Assembly (NCBI GenBank): GCA_964276515.1
Contig: OZ193909.1
Location: 9,300,001 to 9,364,000 of the forward strand
DNA length: 64,000 nucleotides
Origin: Gordius albopunctatus
Taxonomy: Eukaryota
Direction of reading: 5' to 3'
In this document: in pieces, positions 28,301 through 43,300 of the stretch
How the letters are laid out: each line of letters begins with the position of its first letter
How positions within the stretch are numbered: the stretch's first letter is position 1
Position numbers and translations under genes: made by a program
The notes under the pieces: generated by a model
What the model saw: the letters and a program-made list of their open reading frames with translations, nothing else
Told to the model about the DNA's origin: nothing
Database searches by the model: none

Positions 28301-31300
28301 TCAAAAATTCAGCACTCACGTAGCGATAAAACAAACTAATCGCAACAATATAACGTTGTCTTTCCTCAAAATGATAGTTCTCGCAGCTTACAACTTCTTA
28401 TAAGGAGTCGATCGAGAATAATAGGAATCTCAAATTAGCTTACTTTTATATATTTTTTCAAGTTCTTTTACATAAAATAACAAAATATATATTTTTTAGC
28501 TCAAAATATTTAAAATTATTTCCATTAACACATATTCATCCGATGAAAGTTGTTATTTTCAGACGTGTATTCCATGATAAGAAGTAAAAATTTATCAGAA
28601 TTATATAACTATCACTTTGAAATCATAATCGCATATAGCATGTTTCAAAAATTCAGCACTCACGTAGCGATAAAACAAACTAATCGCAACAATATAACGT
28701 TGTCTTTCCTCAAAATGATAGTTCTCGCAGCTTAAAACTTCTTATAAGGAGTCGATCGAGAATAATAGGATTCTCAAATTAGCTTACTTTTATATATTTT
28801 TTCAAGTTCTTTTACATAAAATAACAAAAAATATATTTTTTTAGCTCAAAATATTTCAAATTTTTTCCATTAACACATATTCATCCGATGAAAGTTGTTA
28901 TTTTCAGACGTGTATTCCATGATAAGAAGTAAAAATTTATCAGAATTATATAACTATCACTTTGAAATCATCATCGTATATAGCATGTTTCAAAAATTCA
29001 GCACTCTCGTCGCGATGAAACAAACTAATCGCAACAATATAACGTTGTCTTTCCTCAAAATGATAGTTCTCGCAGCTTAAAACTTCTTATAAGGAGTCGA
29101 TCGAGATTAATAGGATTTTCAAATTAGCTTACTTTTATATATTTTTTCAAGTTCTTTTACATAAAATAACAATATATATAGTTTTTTAGCTCAAAATATT
29201 TAAAATTATTTCCATTAACACATATTCATCCGATGAAAGTTGTTATTTTCAGAAGTGATTTCCATGATAAGAAGTAAAAATTTATCACAATTAGATAATA
29301 CTTTGAAATCATCGTCGCATATAGCATGTTTCAAAAATTCAGCACTCACGTAGCGATAAAACAAACTAATCGCAACAATATAACGTTGTCTTTCCTCAAA
29401 ATGATAGTTCTCGCAGCTTAAAACTTCTTATAAGGAGTCGATCGAGAATAATAGGATTCTCAAATTAGCTTACTTTTATATATTTTTTCAAGTTCTTTTA
29501 CATAAAATAACAAAATATATATTTTTTAGCTCAAAATATTTAAAATTATTTCCATTAACACATATTCATCCGATAAAAGTTGTTATTTTCAGACGTGATT
29601 TCCATGATAAGAAGTAAAAATTTATCACAATTAGATAATACTTTGAAATCATCGTCGCATATAGCATGTTTCAAAAATTCAGCACTCACGTAGCGATAAA
29701 ACAAACTAATCGCAACAATATAACGTTGTCTTTCCTCAAAATGATAGTTCTCGCAGCTTAAAACTTCTTATAAGGAGTCGATCGAGAATAATAGGATTCT
29801 CAAATTAGCTTACTTTTATATATTTTTTCAAGTTCTTTTACATAAAATAACAAAAAATATATTTTTTAGCTCAAAATATTTCAAATTTTTTCCATTAAAC
29901 CATATTCATCCGATGAAAGTTGTTATTTTCAGACGTGATTTCCATATAAGAAGTAAAAATTTTTGCGATAAAACAAACTAATCGCAACAATATAACATTG
30001 TCTTTATTCAAAATGATAGTTCTCGCAGCTTAAAACATCTTATAAGGAGTCGATCGAGATTAATAGGATTCTCAAATTAGCTTAATTTTATATATTTTTT
30101 CAAGTTCTTTTACATAAAATAACAAAAAATATATTTTTTAGCTCAAAATATTTCAAATTTTTTCCATTAAACCATATTCATCCGATGAAAGTTGTTATTT
30201 TCAGACTTGATTTTCATGATAAGAAGTAAAAATTTATCAGAATTATATAACTATCACTTTGAAATCATCATCGCATATAGCATGTTTCAAAAATTCAGCA
30301 CTCTCGTCGCGATGAAACAAACTAATCGCAACAATATAACGTTGTCTTTCCTCAAAATGATAGTTCTCGCAGCTTAAAACTTCTTATAAGGAGTCGATCG
30401 AGATTAATAGGATTCTCAAATTAGCTTAATTTTATATATTTTTTCAAGTTCTTTTACATAATATAACAAAAAATATATTTTTTAGCTCAAAATATTTAAA
30501 ATTATTTCCATTAAACCATATTCATCCGATGAAATTTGTTATTTTCAGACGTGATTTTCATGATAAGAAGTAAAAATTTATCAGAATTGTATAACTATCA
30601 CTTTGAAATCATCATCGCATATAACATGTTTCAAAAATTCAGCACTCTCGTCGCGATGAAACAAACTAATCGCAACAATATAACGTTGTCTTTCCTCAAA
30701 ATGATAGTTCTCGCAGCTTAAAACTTCTTACAAGGAGTCGATCGAGATTAATAGGAATCTCAAATTAGCTTACTTTTATTTATTTTTTCAAGCTCTTTTA
30801 CATAAAATAACAAAATATATATTTTAGCTCAAAATATTTAAAATTATTTCCATTAACACATATTCATCCGATGAAAGTTGTTATTTTCAGACGTGTATTC
30901 CATGATAAGAAGTAAAAATTTATCACAATTAGATAACTATCACTTTGAAATCATCATCGCATATAGCATGTTTCAAAAACTCAGCACTCTCGTCGCGATG
31001 AAACAAACTAATCGCAACAATATAACGTTGTCTTTCCTCAAAATGATAGTTCTCGCAGCTTAAAACTTCTTATAAGGAGTCGATCGAGATTAATAAGAAT
31101 CTCAAATTAGCTTACTTTTATTTTATTTTTCAAGCTCTTTTACATAAAATAACAAAAAATATATTATTTAGCTCAAAATATTTAAAATTATTGCCATTAA
31201 CACATATTCATCCGATGAAAGTTGTTATTTTCAGACGTGATTTTCATGATAAGAAGTAAAAATTTATCAGAATTAGATAACTATTACTTTGAAATAATCA

Positions 31301-34300
31301 TCGCATATAGACTGTTTCAAAAATTCAGCATTCTCGTCGCGATGAAACAAACTAATCGCAACAATATAACGTTGTCTTTCCTCAAAATGATAGTTCTCGC
31401 AGCTTAAAACTTCTTATAAGGAGTCGATCGAGATTAATAGGAATCTCAAATTAGCTTACTTTTATTTATTTTTTCAAGTTCTTTTACATAAAATAACAAA
31501 AAATATATTTTTTAGCTCAAAATATTTAAAATTTTTGCCATTAAACCATATTCATCCGATGAAAGTTGTTATTTTCAGACGTGATTTTCATGATAAGAAG
31601 TAAAAATTTATCAGAATTAGATAACTATTACTTTGAAATAATCATCGCATATAGACTGTTTCAAAAATTCAGCACTCTCGTCGCGATGAAACAAACTAAT
31701 CGCAACAATATAACGTTGTCTTTCCTCAAAATGATAGTTCTCGCAGCTTAAAACTTCTTATAAGGAGTCGATCGAGATTAATAAGAATCTCAAATTAGCT
31801 TACTTTTATTTTATTTTTCAAGCTCTTTTACATAAAATAACAAAAAATATATTATTTAGCTCAAAATATTTAAAATTATTGCCATTAACAGATATTCATC
31901 CGATGAAAGTTGTTATTTTCAGACGTGATTTTCATGATAAGAAGTAAAAATTTCTCAGAATTAGATAACTATTACTTTGAAATAATCATCGCATATAGAC
32001 TGTTTCAAAAATTCAGCATTCTCGTCGCGATGAAACAAACTAATCGAAACAATATAACGTTGTCTTTCCTCAAAATGATAGTTCTCGCAGCTTAAAACTT
32101 CTTATAAGGAGTCGATCGAGAATAATAGGATTCTCAAATTAGCTTACTTTTATATATTTTTTCAAGTTCTTTTACATAAATTAACAAAAAATATATTTTT
32201 TAGCTCAAAATATTTAAAATTATTTCCATTAACACATATTCATCCGATGAAAGTTGTTATTTTCAGACGTGATTTTCATGATAAGAAGTAAAAATTTATC
32301 AGAATTGTATAACTATCACTTTGAAATCATCATCGCATATAACATGTTTCAAAAATTCAGCACTCTCTTCGCGATGAAACAAACTAATCGCAACAATATA
32401 ACGTTGTCTTTCCTCAAAATGATAGTTCTCGCAGCTAAAAACTTCTTATAAGGAGTCGATCGAGAATAATAGGATTCTCAAATTAGCTTACTTTTATATA
32501 TTTTTTCAAGTTCTTTTACATAAATTAACAAAAAATATATTTTTTAGCTCAAAATATTTAAAATTATTTCCATTAACACATATTCATCCGATGAAAGTTG
32601 TTATTTTCAGACGTGATTTTCATGATAAGAAGTAAAAATTTATGAGAATTGTATAACTATCACTTTGAAATCATCATCGCATATAACATGTTTCAAAAAT
32701 TCAGCACTCTCGTCGCGATGAAACAAACTAATCGCAACAATATAACGTTGTCTTTCCTCAAAATGATAGTTCTCGCAGCTTAAAACTTCTTACAAGGAGT
32801 CGATCGAGATTAATAGGAATCTCAAATTAGCTTACTTTTATTTATTTTTTCAAGCTCTTTTACATAAAATAACAAAATATATATTTTAGCTCAAAATATT
32901 TAAAATTATTTCCATTAACACATATTCATCCGATGAAAGTTGTTATTTTCAGACGTGTATTCCATGATAAGAAGTAAAAATTTATCACAATTAGATAACT
33001 ATCACTTTGAAATCATCATCCCATATAGCATGTTTCAAAAACTCAGCACTCTCGTCGCGATGAAACAAACTAATCGCAACAATATAACGTTGTCTTTCCT
33101 CAAAATGATAGTTCTCGCAGCTTAAAACTTCTTATAAGGAGTCGATCGAGAATAATAGGATTCTCAAATTAGCTTACTTTTATATATTTTTTCAAGTTCT
33201 TTTACATAAATTAACAAAAAATATATTTTTTAGCTCAAAATATTTAAAATTATTTCCATTAACACATATTCATCCGATGAAAGTTGTTATTTTCAGACGT
33301 GATTTTCATGATAAGAAGTAAAAATTTATCAGAATTGTATAACAATCACTTTGAAATCATCATCGCATATAACATGTTTCAAAAATTCAGCACTCTCGTC
33401 GCGATGAAACAAACTAATCGCAACAATATAACGTTGTCTTTCCTCAAAATGATAGTTCTCGCAGCTTAAAACTTCTTATAAGGAGTCGATCGAGAATAAT
33501 AGGATTCTCAAATTAGCTTACTTTTATATATTTTTTCAAGTTCTTTTACATAAATTAACAAAAAATATATTTTTTAGCTCAAAATATTTAAAATTATTTC
33601 CATTAACACATATTCATCCGATGAAAGTTGTTATTTTCAGACGTGATTTTCATGATAAGAAGTAAAAATTTATCAGAATTGTATAACTATCACTTTGAAA
33701 TCATCATCGCATATAACATGTTTCAAAAATTCAGCACTCTCGTCGCGATGAAACAAACTAATCGCAACAATATAACGTTGTCTTTCCTCAAAATGATAGT
33801 TCTCGCAGCTTAAAACTTCTTACAAGGAGTCGATCGAGATTAATATGAATCTCAAATTAGCTTACTTTTATTTATTTTTTCAAGCTCTTTTACATAAAAT
33901 AACAAAATATATATTTTAGCTCAAAATATTTAAAATTATTTCCATTAAACCATATTCATCCGATGAAAGTTGTTATTTTTAGACGTGTATTCCATGATAA
34001 GAAGTAAAAATTTATCACAATTAGATAACTATTACTTTGAAATAATCATCGCATATAGCATGTTTCAAAAATTAAGCACTCACGTCGCGATGAAACAAAC
34101 TAATCGCAACAATATAACGTTGTCTTTCCTCAAAATGATAGTTCTCGCAGCTTAAAACTTCTTACAAGGAGTCGATCGAGATTAATATGAATCTCAAATT
34201 AGCTTACTTTTATTTATTTTTTCAAGCTCTTTTACATAAAATAACAAAATATATATTTTAGCTCAAAATATTTAAAATTATTTCCATTAAACCATATTCA

Positions 34301-37300
34301 TCCGATGAAAGTTGTTATTTTTAGACGTGTATTCCATGATAAGAAGTAAAAATTTATCAGAATTATATAACTATCACTTTGAAATCATCATCGCATATAG
34401 CATGTTTCAAAAATTCAGCACTCACGTCGCGATAAAACAAACTAATCGCAACAATATAACGTCGTCTTTCCTCAAAATGATAGTTCTCGCAGCTAAAAAC
34501 TTCTTATAAGGAGTCGATCGAGATTATTAGGATTCTCAAATTAGCTTACTTTTATATATTTTTTCAAGTGGTTTTACATAAAATAACAAAAAATATTTTT
34601 TTAGCTCAAAATATTTCAAATTTTTTCCATTAAACCATATTCATCCGATGAAAGTTGTTATTTTCAGACGTGATTTCCATGATAAGAAGTAAAAATTTAT
34701 CAGAATTAGATAACTATCACTTTGAAATCATCATCGCATATAGCATGTTTCAAAAATTCAGCACTCACGTCGCGATAAAACAAACTAATCGCAACAATAT
34801 AACGTCGTCTTTCCTCAAAATGATAGTTCTCGCAGCTAAAAACTTCTTATAAGGAGTCGATCGAGATTATTAGGATTCTCAAATTAGCTTACTTTTATAT
34901 ATTTTTTCAAGTGGTTTTACATAAAATAACAAAAAATATTTTTTTTAGCTCAAAATATTTCAAATTTTTTCCATTAAACCATATTCATCCGATGAAAGTT
35001 GTTATTTTCAGACGTGATTTCCATGATAAGAAGTAAAAATTTATCAGAATTATATAACTATCACTTTGAAATCATCATCGCATATAGCATGTTTCAAAAA
35101 TTCAGCACTCTCGTCGCGATGAAACAAACTAATCGCAACAATATAACGTTGTCTTTCCTCAAAATGATAGTTCTCGCAGCTTAAAACTTCTTATAAGGAG
35201 TCGATCGAGATTATTAGGATTCTCAAATTAGCTTACTTTTATATATTTTTTCAAGATCTTTTACATCAAATAACAAAACATATATTTTTTTAGCTCAAAA
35301 TATTTAAAATTATTTCCATTAACACATATTCATCCGATGAAAGTTGTTATTTTCAGACGTGTATTCCATGATAAGAAGTAAAAATTTATCAGAATTATAT
35401 AACTATTACTTTGAAATAATCATCGCATATAGCATGTTTCAAAAATTCAGCACTCTCGTCGCGATGAAACAAACTAATCGCAACAATATAACGTTGTCTT
35501 TCCTCAAAATGATAGTTCTCGCAGCTTAAAACTTCTTATAAGGAGTCGATCGAGATTAATAGGATTCTCAAATTAGCTTGATTTTATATATTTTTTCAAG
35601 TTCTTTTACATAAAATAACAAAAAATATATTTTTTAGCTCAAAATATTTAAAATTATTTGCATTAAACCATATTCATCCGATGAAATTTGTTATTTTCAG
35701 ACGTGATTTTCATGATAAGAAGTAAAAATTTATCAGAATTGTATAACTATCACTTTGAAATCATCATCGCATATAACATGTTTCAAAAATTCAGCACTCT
35801 CGTCGCGATGAAACAAACTAATCGCAACAATATAACGTTGTCTTTCCTCAAAATGATAGTTCTCGCAGCTTAAAACTTCTTACAAGGAGTCGATCGAGAT
35901 TAATAGGAATCTCAAATTAGCTTACTTTTATTTATTTTTTCAAGCTCTTTTACATAAAATAACAAAATATATATTTTAGCTCAAAATATTTAAAATTATT
36001 TCTATTAACACATATTCATCCGATGAAAGTTGTTATTTTCAGACGTGATTTTCATGATAAGAAGTAAAAATTTATCAGAATTGTATAACTATCACTTTGA
36101 AATCATCATCGCATATAACATGTTTCAAAAATTCAGCACTCTCGTCGCGATGAAACAAACTAATCGCAACAATATAACGTCGTCTTTCCTCAAAATGATA
36201 GTTCTCGCAGCTTAAAACTTCTTATAAGGAGTCGATCGAGATTAATAAGAATCTCAAATTAGCTTACTTTTATTTTATTTTTCAAGCTCTTTTACATAAA
36301 ATAACAAAAAATATATTATTTAGCTCAAAATATTTAAAATTATTGCCATTAACACATATTCATCCGATGAAAGTTGTTATTTTCAGACGTGATTTTCATG
36401 ATAAGAAGTAAAAATTTATCAGAATTAGATAACTATTACTTTGAAATAATCATCGCATATAGCATGTTTCAAAAATTCAGCATTCTCGTCGCGATGAAAC
36501 AAACTAATCGCAACAATATAACGTTGTCTTTCCTCAAAATGATAGTTCTCGCAGCTTAAAACTTCTTATAAGGAGTCGATCGAGATTAATAGGAATCTCA
36601 AATTAGCTTACTTTTATTGATTTTTTCAAGTTCTTTTACATAAAATAACAAAAAATATATTTTTTAGCTCAAAATATTTAAAATTTTTGCCATTAAACCA
36701 TATTCATCCGATGAAAGTTGTTATTTTAAGACGTGATTTCCATATAAGAAGTAAAAATTTATCAGAATTAGATAACTATCACTTTGAAATCATCATCGCA
36801 TATAGCATGTTTCAAAAATTCAGCACTCACGTCGCGATAAAACAAACTAATCGCAACAATATAACGTTGTCTTTCCTCAAAATGATAGTTCTGGCAGCTT
36901 AAAACTTCTTATAAGGAGTCGATCGAGATTAATAGGATTTTCAAATTAGATTACTTTTATATATTTTTTCAAGCTCTTTTACATAAAATAACAAAAAATA
37001 TATTTTTTAGCTCAAAATATTTAAAATTATTGCCATTAAACCATATTCATCCGATGAAAGTTGTTATTTTCAGACGTGATTTCCATATAAGAAGTAAAAA
37101 TTTATCAGAATTAGATAACTATCACTTTGAAATCATCATCGCATACAGACTGTTTAAAAAATTCAGCATTCTCGTGGCGATGAAACAAACTAATCGCAAC
37201 AATATAACGTTGTCTTTCCTCAAAATGATAGTTCTCGCAGCTTAAAACTTCTTATAAGGAGTCGATCGAGATTATTAGGATTCTCAAATTAGCTTACTTT

Positions 37301-40300
37301 TATATATTTTTTCAAGATCTTTTACATCAAATAACAAAACATATATTTTTTTAGCTCAAAATATTTAAAATTATTTCCATTAACACATATTCATCCGATG
37401 AAAGTTGTTATTTTCAGACGTGTATTCCATGATAAGAAGTAAAAATTTATCACAATTAGATAACTATCACTTTGAAATCATCATCGCATATAGCATGTTT
37501 CAAAAACTCAGCACTCTCGTCGCGATGAAACAAACTAATCGCAACAATATAACGTTGTCTTTCCTCAAAATGATAGTTCTCGCAGCTTAAAACTTCTTAC
37601 AAGGAGTCGATCGAGATTAATAGGAATCTCAAATTAGCTTACTTTTATTTATTTTTTCAAGCTCTTTTACATAAAATAACAAAATATATATTTTAGCTCA
37701 AAATATTTAAAATTATTTCCATTAACACATATTCATCCGATGAAAGTTGTTATTTTCAGACGTGATTTTCATGATAAGAAGTAAAAATTTATCAGAATTG
37801 TATAACTATCACTTTGAAATCATCATCGCATATAACATGTTTCAAAAATTCAGCACTCTCGTCGCGATGAAACAAACTAATCGCAACAATATAACGTCGT
37901 CTTTCCTCAAAATGATAGTTCTCGCAGCTTAAAACTTCTTATAAGGAGTCGATCGAGATTAATAAGAATCTCAAATTAGCTTACTTTTATTTTATTTTTC
38001 AAGCTCTTTTACATAAAATAACAAAAAATATATTATTTAGCTCAAAATATTTAAAATTATTGCCATTAACACATATTCATCCGATGAAAGTTGTTATTTT
38101 CAGACGTGATTTTCATGATAAGAAGTAAAAATTTATCAGAATTGTATAACTATCACTTTGAAATCATCATCGCATATAACATGTTTCAAAAATTCAGCAC
38201 TCTCGTCGCGATGAAACAAACTAATCGCAACAATATAACGTCGTCTTTCCTCAAAATGATAGTTCTCGCAGCTTAAAACTTCTTATAAGGAGTCGATCGA
38301 GATTAATAGGAATCTCAAATTAGCTTACTTTTATTGATTTTTTCAAGTTCTTTTACATAAAATAACAAAAAATATATTTTTTAGCTCAAAATATTTAAAA
38401 TTTTTGCCATTAAACCATATTCATCCGATGAAAGTTGTTATTTTCAGACGTGATTTCCATATAAGAAGTAAAAATTTATCAGAATTAGATAACTATCACT
38501 TTGAAATCATCATCGCATATAGCATGTTTCAAAAATTCAGCACTCACGTCGCGATAAAACAAACTAATCGCAACAATATAACGTCGTCTTTCCTCAAAAT
38601 GATAGTTCTCGCAGCTTAAAACTTCTTATAAGGAGTCGATCGAGATTAATAAGAATCTCAAATTAGCTTACTTTTATTTATTTTTTCAAGCTCTTTTACA
38701 TAAAATAACAAAATATATATTTTAGCTCAAAATATTTAAAATTATTTCCATTAACACATATTCATCCGATGAAAGTTGTTATTTTCAGACGTGATTTTCA
38801 TGATAAGAAGTAAAAATTTATCAGAATTGTATAACTATCACTTTGAAATCATCATCGCATATAACATGTTTCAAAAATTCAGCACTCTCGTCGCGATGAA
38901 ACAAACTAATCGCAACAATATAACGTCGTCTTTCCTCAAAATGATAGTTCTCGCAGCTTAAAACTTCTTATAAGGAGTCGATCGAGATTAATAGGAATCT
39001 CAAATTAGCTTACTTTTATATATTTTTTCAAGTTCTTTTACATAAATTAACAAAAAATATATTTTTTAGCTCAAAATATTTAAAATTATTTCCATTAACA
39101 CATATTCATCCGATGAAAGTTGTTATTTTCAGACGTGATTTTCATGATAAGAAGTAAAAATTTATCAGAATTGTATAACTATCACTTTGAAATCATCATC
39201 GCATATAACATGTTTCAAAAATTCAGCACTCTCGTCGCGATGAAACAAACTAATCGCAACAATATAACGTTGTCTTTCCTCAAAATGATAGTTCTCGCAG
39301 CTTAAAACTTCTTATAAGGAGTCGATCGAGAATAATAGGATTCTCAAATTAGCTTACTTTTATATATTTTTTCAAGTTCTTTTACATAAATTAACAAAAA
39401 ATATATTTTTTAGCTCAAAATATTTAAAATTATTTCCATTAACACATATTCATCCGATGAAAGTTGTTATTTTCAGACGTGATTTTCATGATAAGAAGTA
39501 AAAATTTATCAGAATTGTATAACTATCACTTTGAAATCATCATCGCATATAACATGTTTCAAAAATTCAGCACTCTCGTCGCGATGAAACAAACTAATCG
39601 CAACAATATAACGTTGTCTTTCCTCAAAATGATAGTTCTCGCAGCTTAAAACTTCTTACAAGGAGTCGATCGAGATTAATAGGAATCTCAAATTAGCTTA
39701 CTTTTATTTATTTTTTCAAGCTCTTTTACATAAAATAACAAAATATATATTTTAGCTCAAAATATTTAAAATTATTTCCATTAAACCATATTCATCCGAT
39801 GAAAGTTGTTATTTTTAGACGTGTATTCCATGATAAGAAGTAAAAATTTATCACAATTAGATAACTATTACTTTGAAATAATCATCGCATATAGCATGTT
39901 TCAAAAATTCAGCACTCACGTCGCGATAAAACAAACTAATCGCAACAATATAACGTCGTCTTTCCTCAAAATGATAGTTCTCGCAGCTAAAAACTTCTTA
40001 TAAGGAGTCGATCGAGATTATTAGGATTCTCAAATTAGCTTACTTTTATATATTTTTTCAAGTGGTTTTACATAAAATAACAAAAAATATATTTTTTAGC
40101 TCAAAATATTTAAAATTATTGCCATTAAACCATATTCATCCGATGAAAGTTGTTATTTTCAGACGTGATTTTCATGATAAGAAGTAAAAATTTATCAGAA
40201 TTGTATAACTATCACTTTGAAATCATCATCGCATATAACATGTTTCAAAAATTCAGCACTCTCGTCGCGATGAAACAAACTAATCGCAACAATATAACGT

Positions 40301-43300
40301 TGTCTTTCCTCAAAATGATAGTTCTCGCAGCTTAAAACTTCTTATAAGGAGTCGATCGAGAATAATAGGATTCTCAAATTAGCTTACTTTTATATATTTT
40401 TTCAAGCTCTTTTACATAAAATAACAAAATATATATTTTAGCTCAAAATATTTAAAATTATTTCCATTAAACCATATTCATCCGATGAAAGTTGTTATTT
40501 TTAGACGTGTATTCCATGATAAGAAGTAAAAATTTATCAGAATTGTATAACTATCACTTTGAAATCATCATCGCATATAACATGTTTCAAAAATTCAGCA
40601 CTCTCGTCGCGATGAAACAAACTAATCGCAACAATATAACGTTGTCTTTCCTCAAAATGATAGTTCTCGCAGCTTAAAACTTCTTACAAGGAGTCGATCG
40701 AGATTAATAGGAATCTCAAATTAGCTTACTTTTATTTATTTTTTCAAGCTCTTTTACATAAAATAACAAAATATATATTTTAGCTCAAAATATTTAAAAT
40801 TATTTCCATTAAACCATATTCATCCGATGAAAGTTGTTATTTTTAGACGTGTATTCCATGATAAGAAGTAAAAATTTATCACAATTAGATAACTATTACT
40901 TTGAAATAATCATCGCATATAGCATGTTTCAAAAATTCAGCACTCACGTCGCGATAAAACAAACTAATCGCAACAATATAACGTCGTCTTTCCTCAAAAT
41001 GATAGTTCTCGCAGCTAAAAACTTCTTATAAGGAGTCGATCGAGATTAATAGGAATCTCAAATTAGCTTACTTTTATATATTTTTTCAAGTTCTTTTACA
41101 TAAATTAACAAAAAATATATTTTTTAGCTCAAAATATTTAAAATTATTTCCATTAACACATATTCATCCGATGAAAGTTGTTATTTTCAGACGTGATTTT
41201 CATGATAAGAAGTAAAAATTTATCAGAATTGTATAACTATCACTTTGAAATCATCATCGCATATAACATGTTTCAAAAATTCAGCACTCTCGTCGCGATG
41301 AAACAAACTAATCGCAACAATATAACGTTGTCTTTCCTCAAAATGATAGTTCTCGCAGCTTAAAACTTCTTATAAGGAGTCGATCGAGAATAATAGGATT
41401 CTCAAATTAGCTTACTTTTATATATTTTTTCAAGTTCTTTTACATAAATTAACAAAAAATATATTTTTTAGCTCAAAATATTTAAAATTATTTCCATTAA
41501 ACCATATTCATCCGATGAAAGTTGTTATTTTCAGAAGTGATTTCCATGATAAGAAGTAAAAATTTATCAGAATTATATAACTATCACTTTGAAATCATCA
41601 TCGCATATAGCATGTTTCAAAATTTCAGCACTCTCGTCGCGATGAAACAAACTAATCGCAACAATATAACGTTGTCTTTCCTCAAAATGATAGTTCTCGC
41701 AGCTTAAAACTTCTTATAAGGAGTCGATCGAGAATAATAGGATTCTCAAATAAGCTTACTTTTATATATTTTTTCAAGTTCTTTTACATAAATTAACAAA
41801 AAATATTTTTTTAGCTCAAAATATTTCAAATTTTTTCCATTAAACCATATTCATCCGATGAAAGTTGTTATTTTCAGACTTGATTTCCATATAAGAAGTA
41901 AAAATTTATCAGAATTAGATAACTATCACTTTGAAATCATCATCGCATATAGCATGTTTCAAAAATTCAGCACTCACGTCGCGATAAAACAAACTAATCG
42001 CAACAATATAACGTCGTCTTTCCTCAAAATGATAGTTCTCGCAGCTAAAAACTTCTTATAAGGAGTCGATCGAGATTATTAGGATTCTCAAATTAGCTTA
42101 CTTTTATATATTTTTTCAAGTGGTTTTACATAAAATAACAAAAAATATATTTTTTAGCTCAAAATATTTAAAATTATTGCCATTAAACCATATTCATCCG
42201 ATGAAAGTTGTTATTTTCAGACGTGATTTCCATATAAGAAGTAAAAATTTATCAGAATTAGATAACTATCACTTTGAAATCATCATCGCATATAGACTGT
42301 TTAAAAAATTCAGCATTCTCGTCGCGATGAAACAAACTAATCGCAACAATATAACGTTGTCTTTCCTCAAAATGATAGTTCTCGCAGCTTAAAACTTCTT
42401 ATAAGGAGTCGATCGAGATTAATAGGATTCTCAAATTAGCTTAATTTTAAATATTTTTTCAAGTTCTTTTACATAAAATAACAAAAAATATATTTTTTAG
42501 CTCAAAATATTTAAAATTATTTGCATTAAACCATATTCATCCGATGAAATTTGTTATTTTCAGACGTGATTTTCATGATAAGAAGTAAAAATTTATCAGA
42601 ATTGTATAACTATCACTTTGAAATCATCATCGCATATAACATGTTTCAAAAATTCAGCACTCTCGTCGCGATGAAACAAACTAATCGCAACAATATAACG
42701 TTGTCTTTCCTCAAAATGATAGTTCTCGCAGCTTAAAACTTCTTACAAGGAGTCGATCGAGATTAATAGGAATCTCAAATTAGCTTACTTTTATTTATTT
42801 TTTCAAGCTCTTTTACATAAAATAACAAAATATATATTTTAGCTCAAAATATTTAAAATTATTTCCATTAACACATATTCATCCGATGAAAGTTGTTATT
42901 TTCAGACGTGTATTCCATGATAAGAAGTAAAAATTTATCACAATTAGATAACTATCACTTTGAAATCATCATCGCATATAGCATGTTTCAAAAACTCAGC
43001 ACTCTCGTCGCGATGAAACAAACTAATCGCAACAATATAACGTTGTCTTTCCTCAAAATGATAGTTCTCGCAGCTTAAAACTTCTTATAAGGAGTCGATC
43101 GAGATTAATAAGAATCTCAAATTAGCTTACTTTTATTTTATTTTTCAAGCTCTTTTACATAAAATAACAAAAAATATATTATTTAGCTCAAAATATTTAA
43201 AATTATTGCCATTAACACATATTCATCCGATGAAAGTTGTTATTTTCAGACGTGATTTTCATGATAAGAAGTAAAAATTTATCAGAATTAGATAACTATT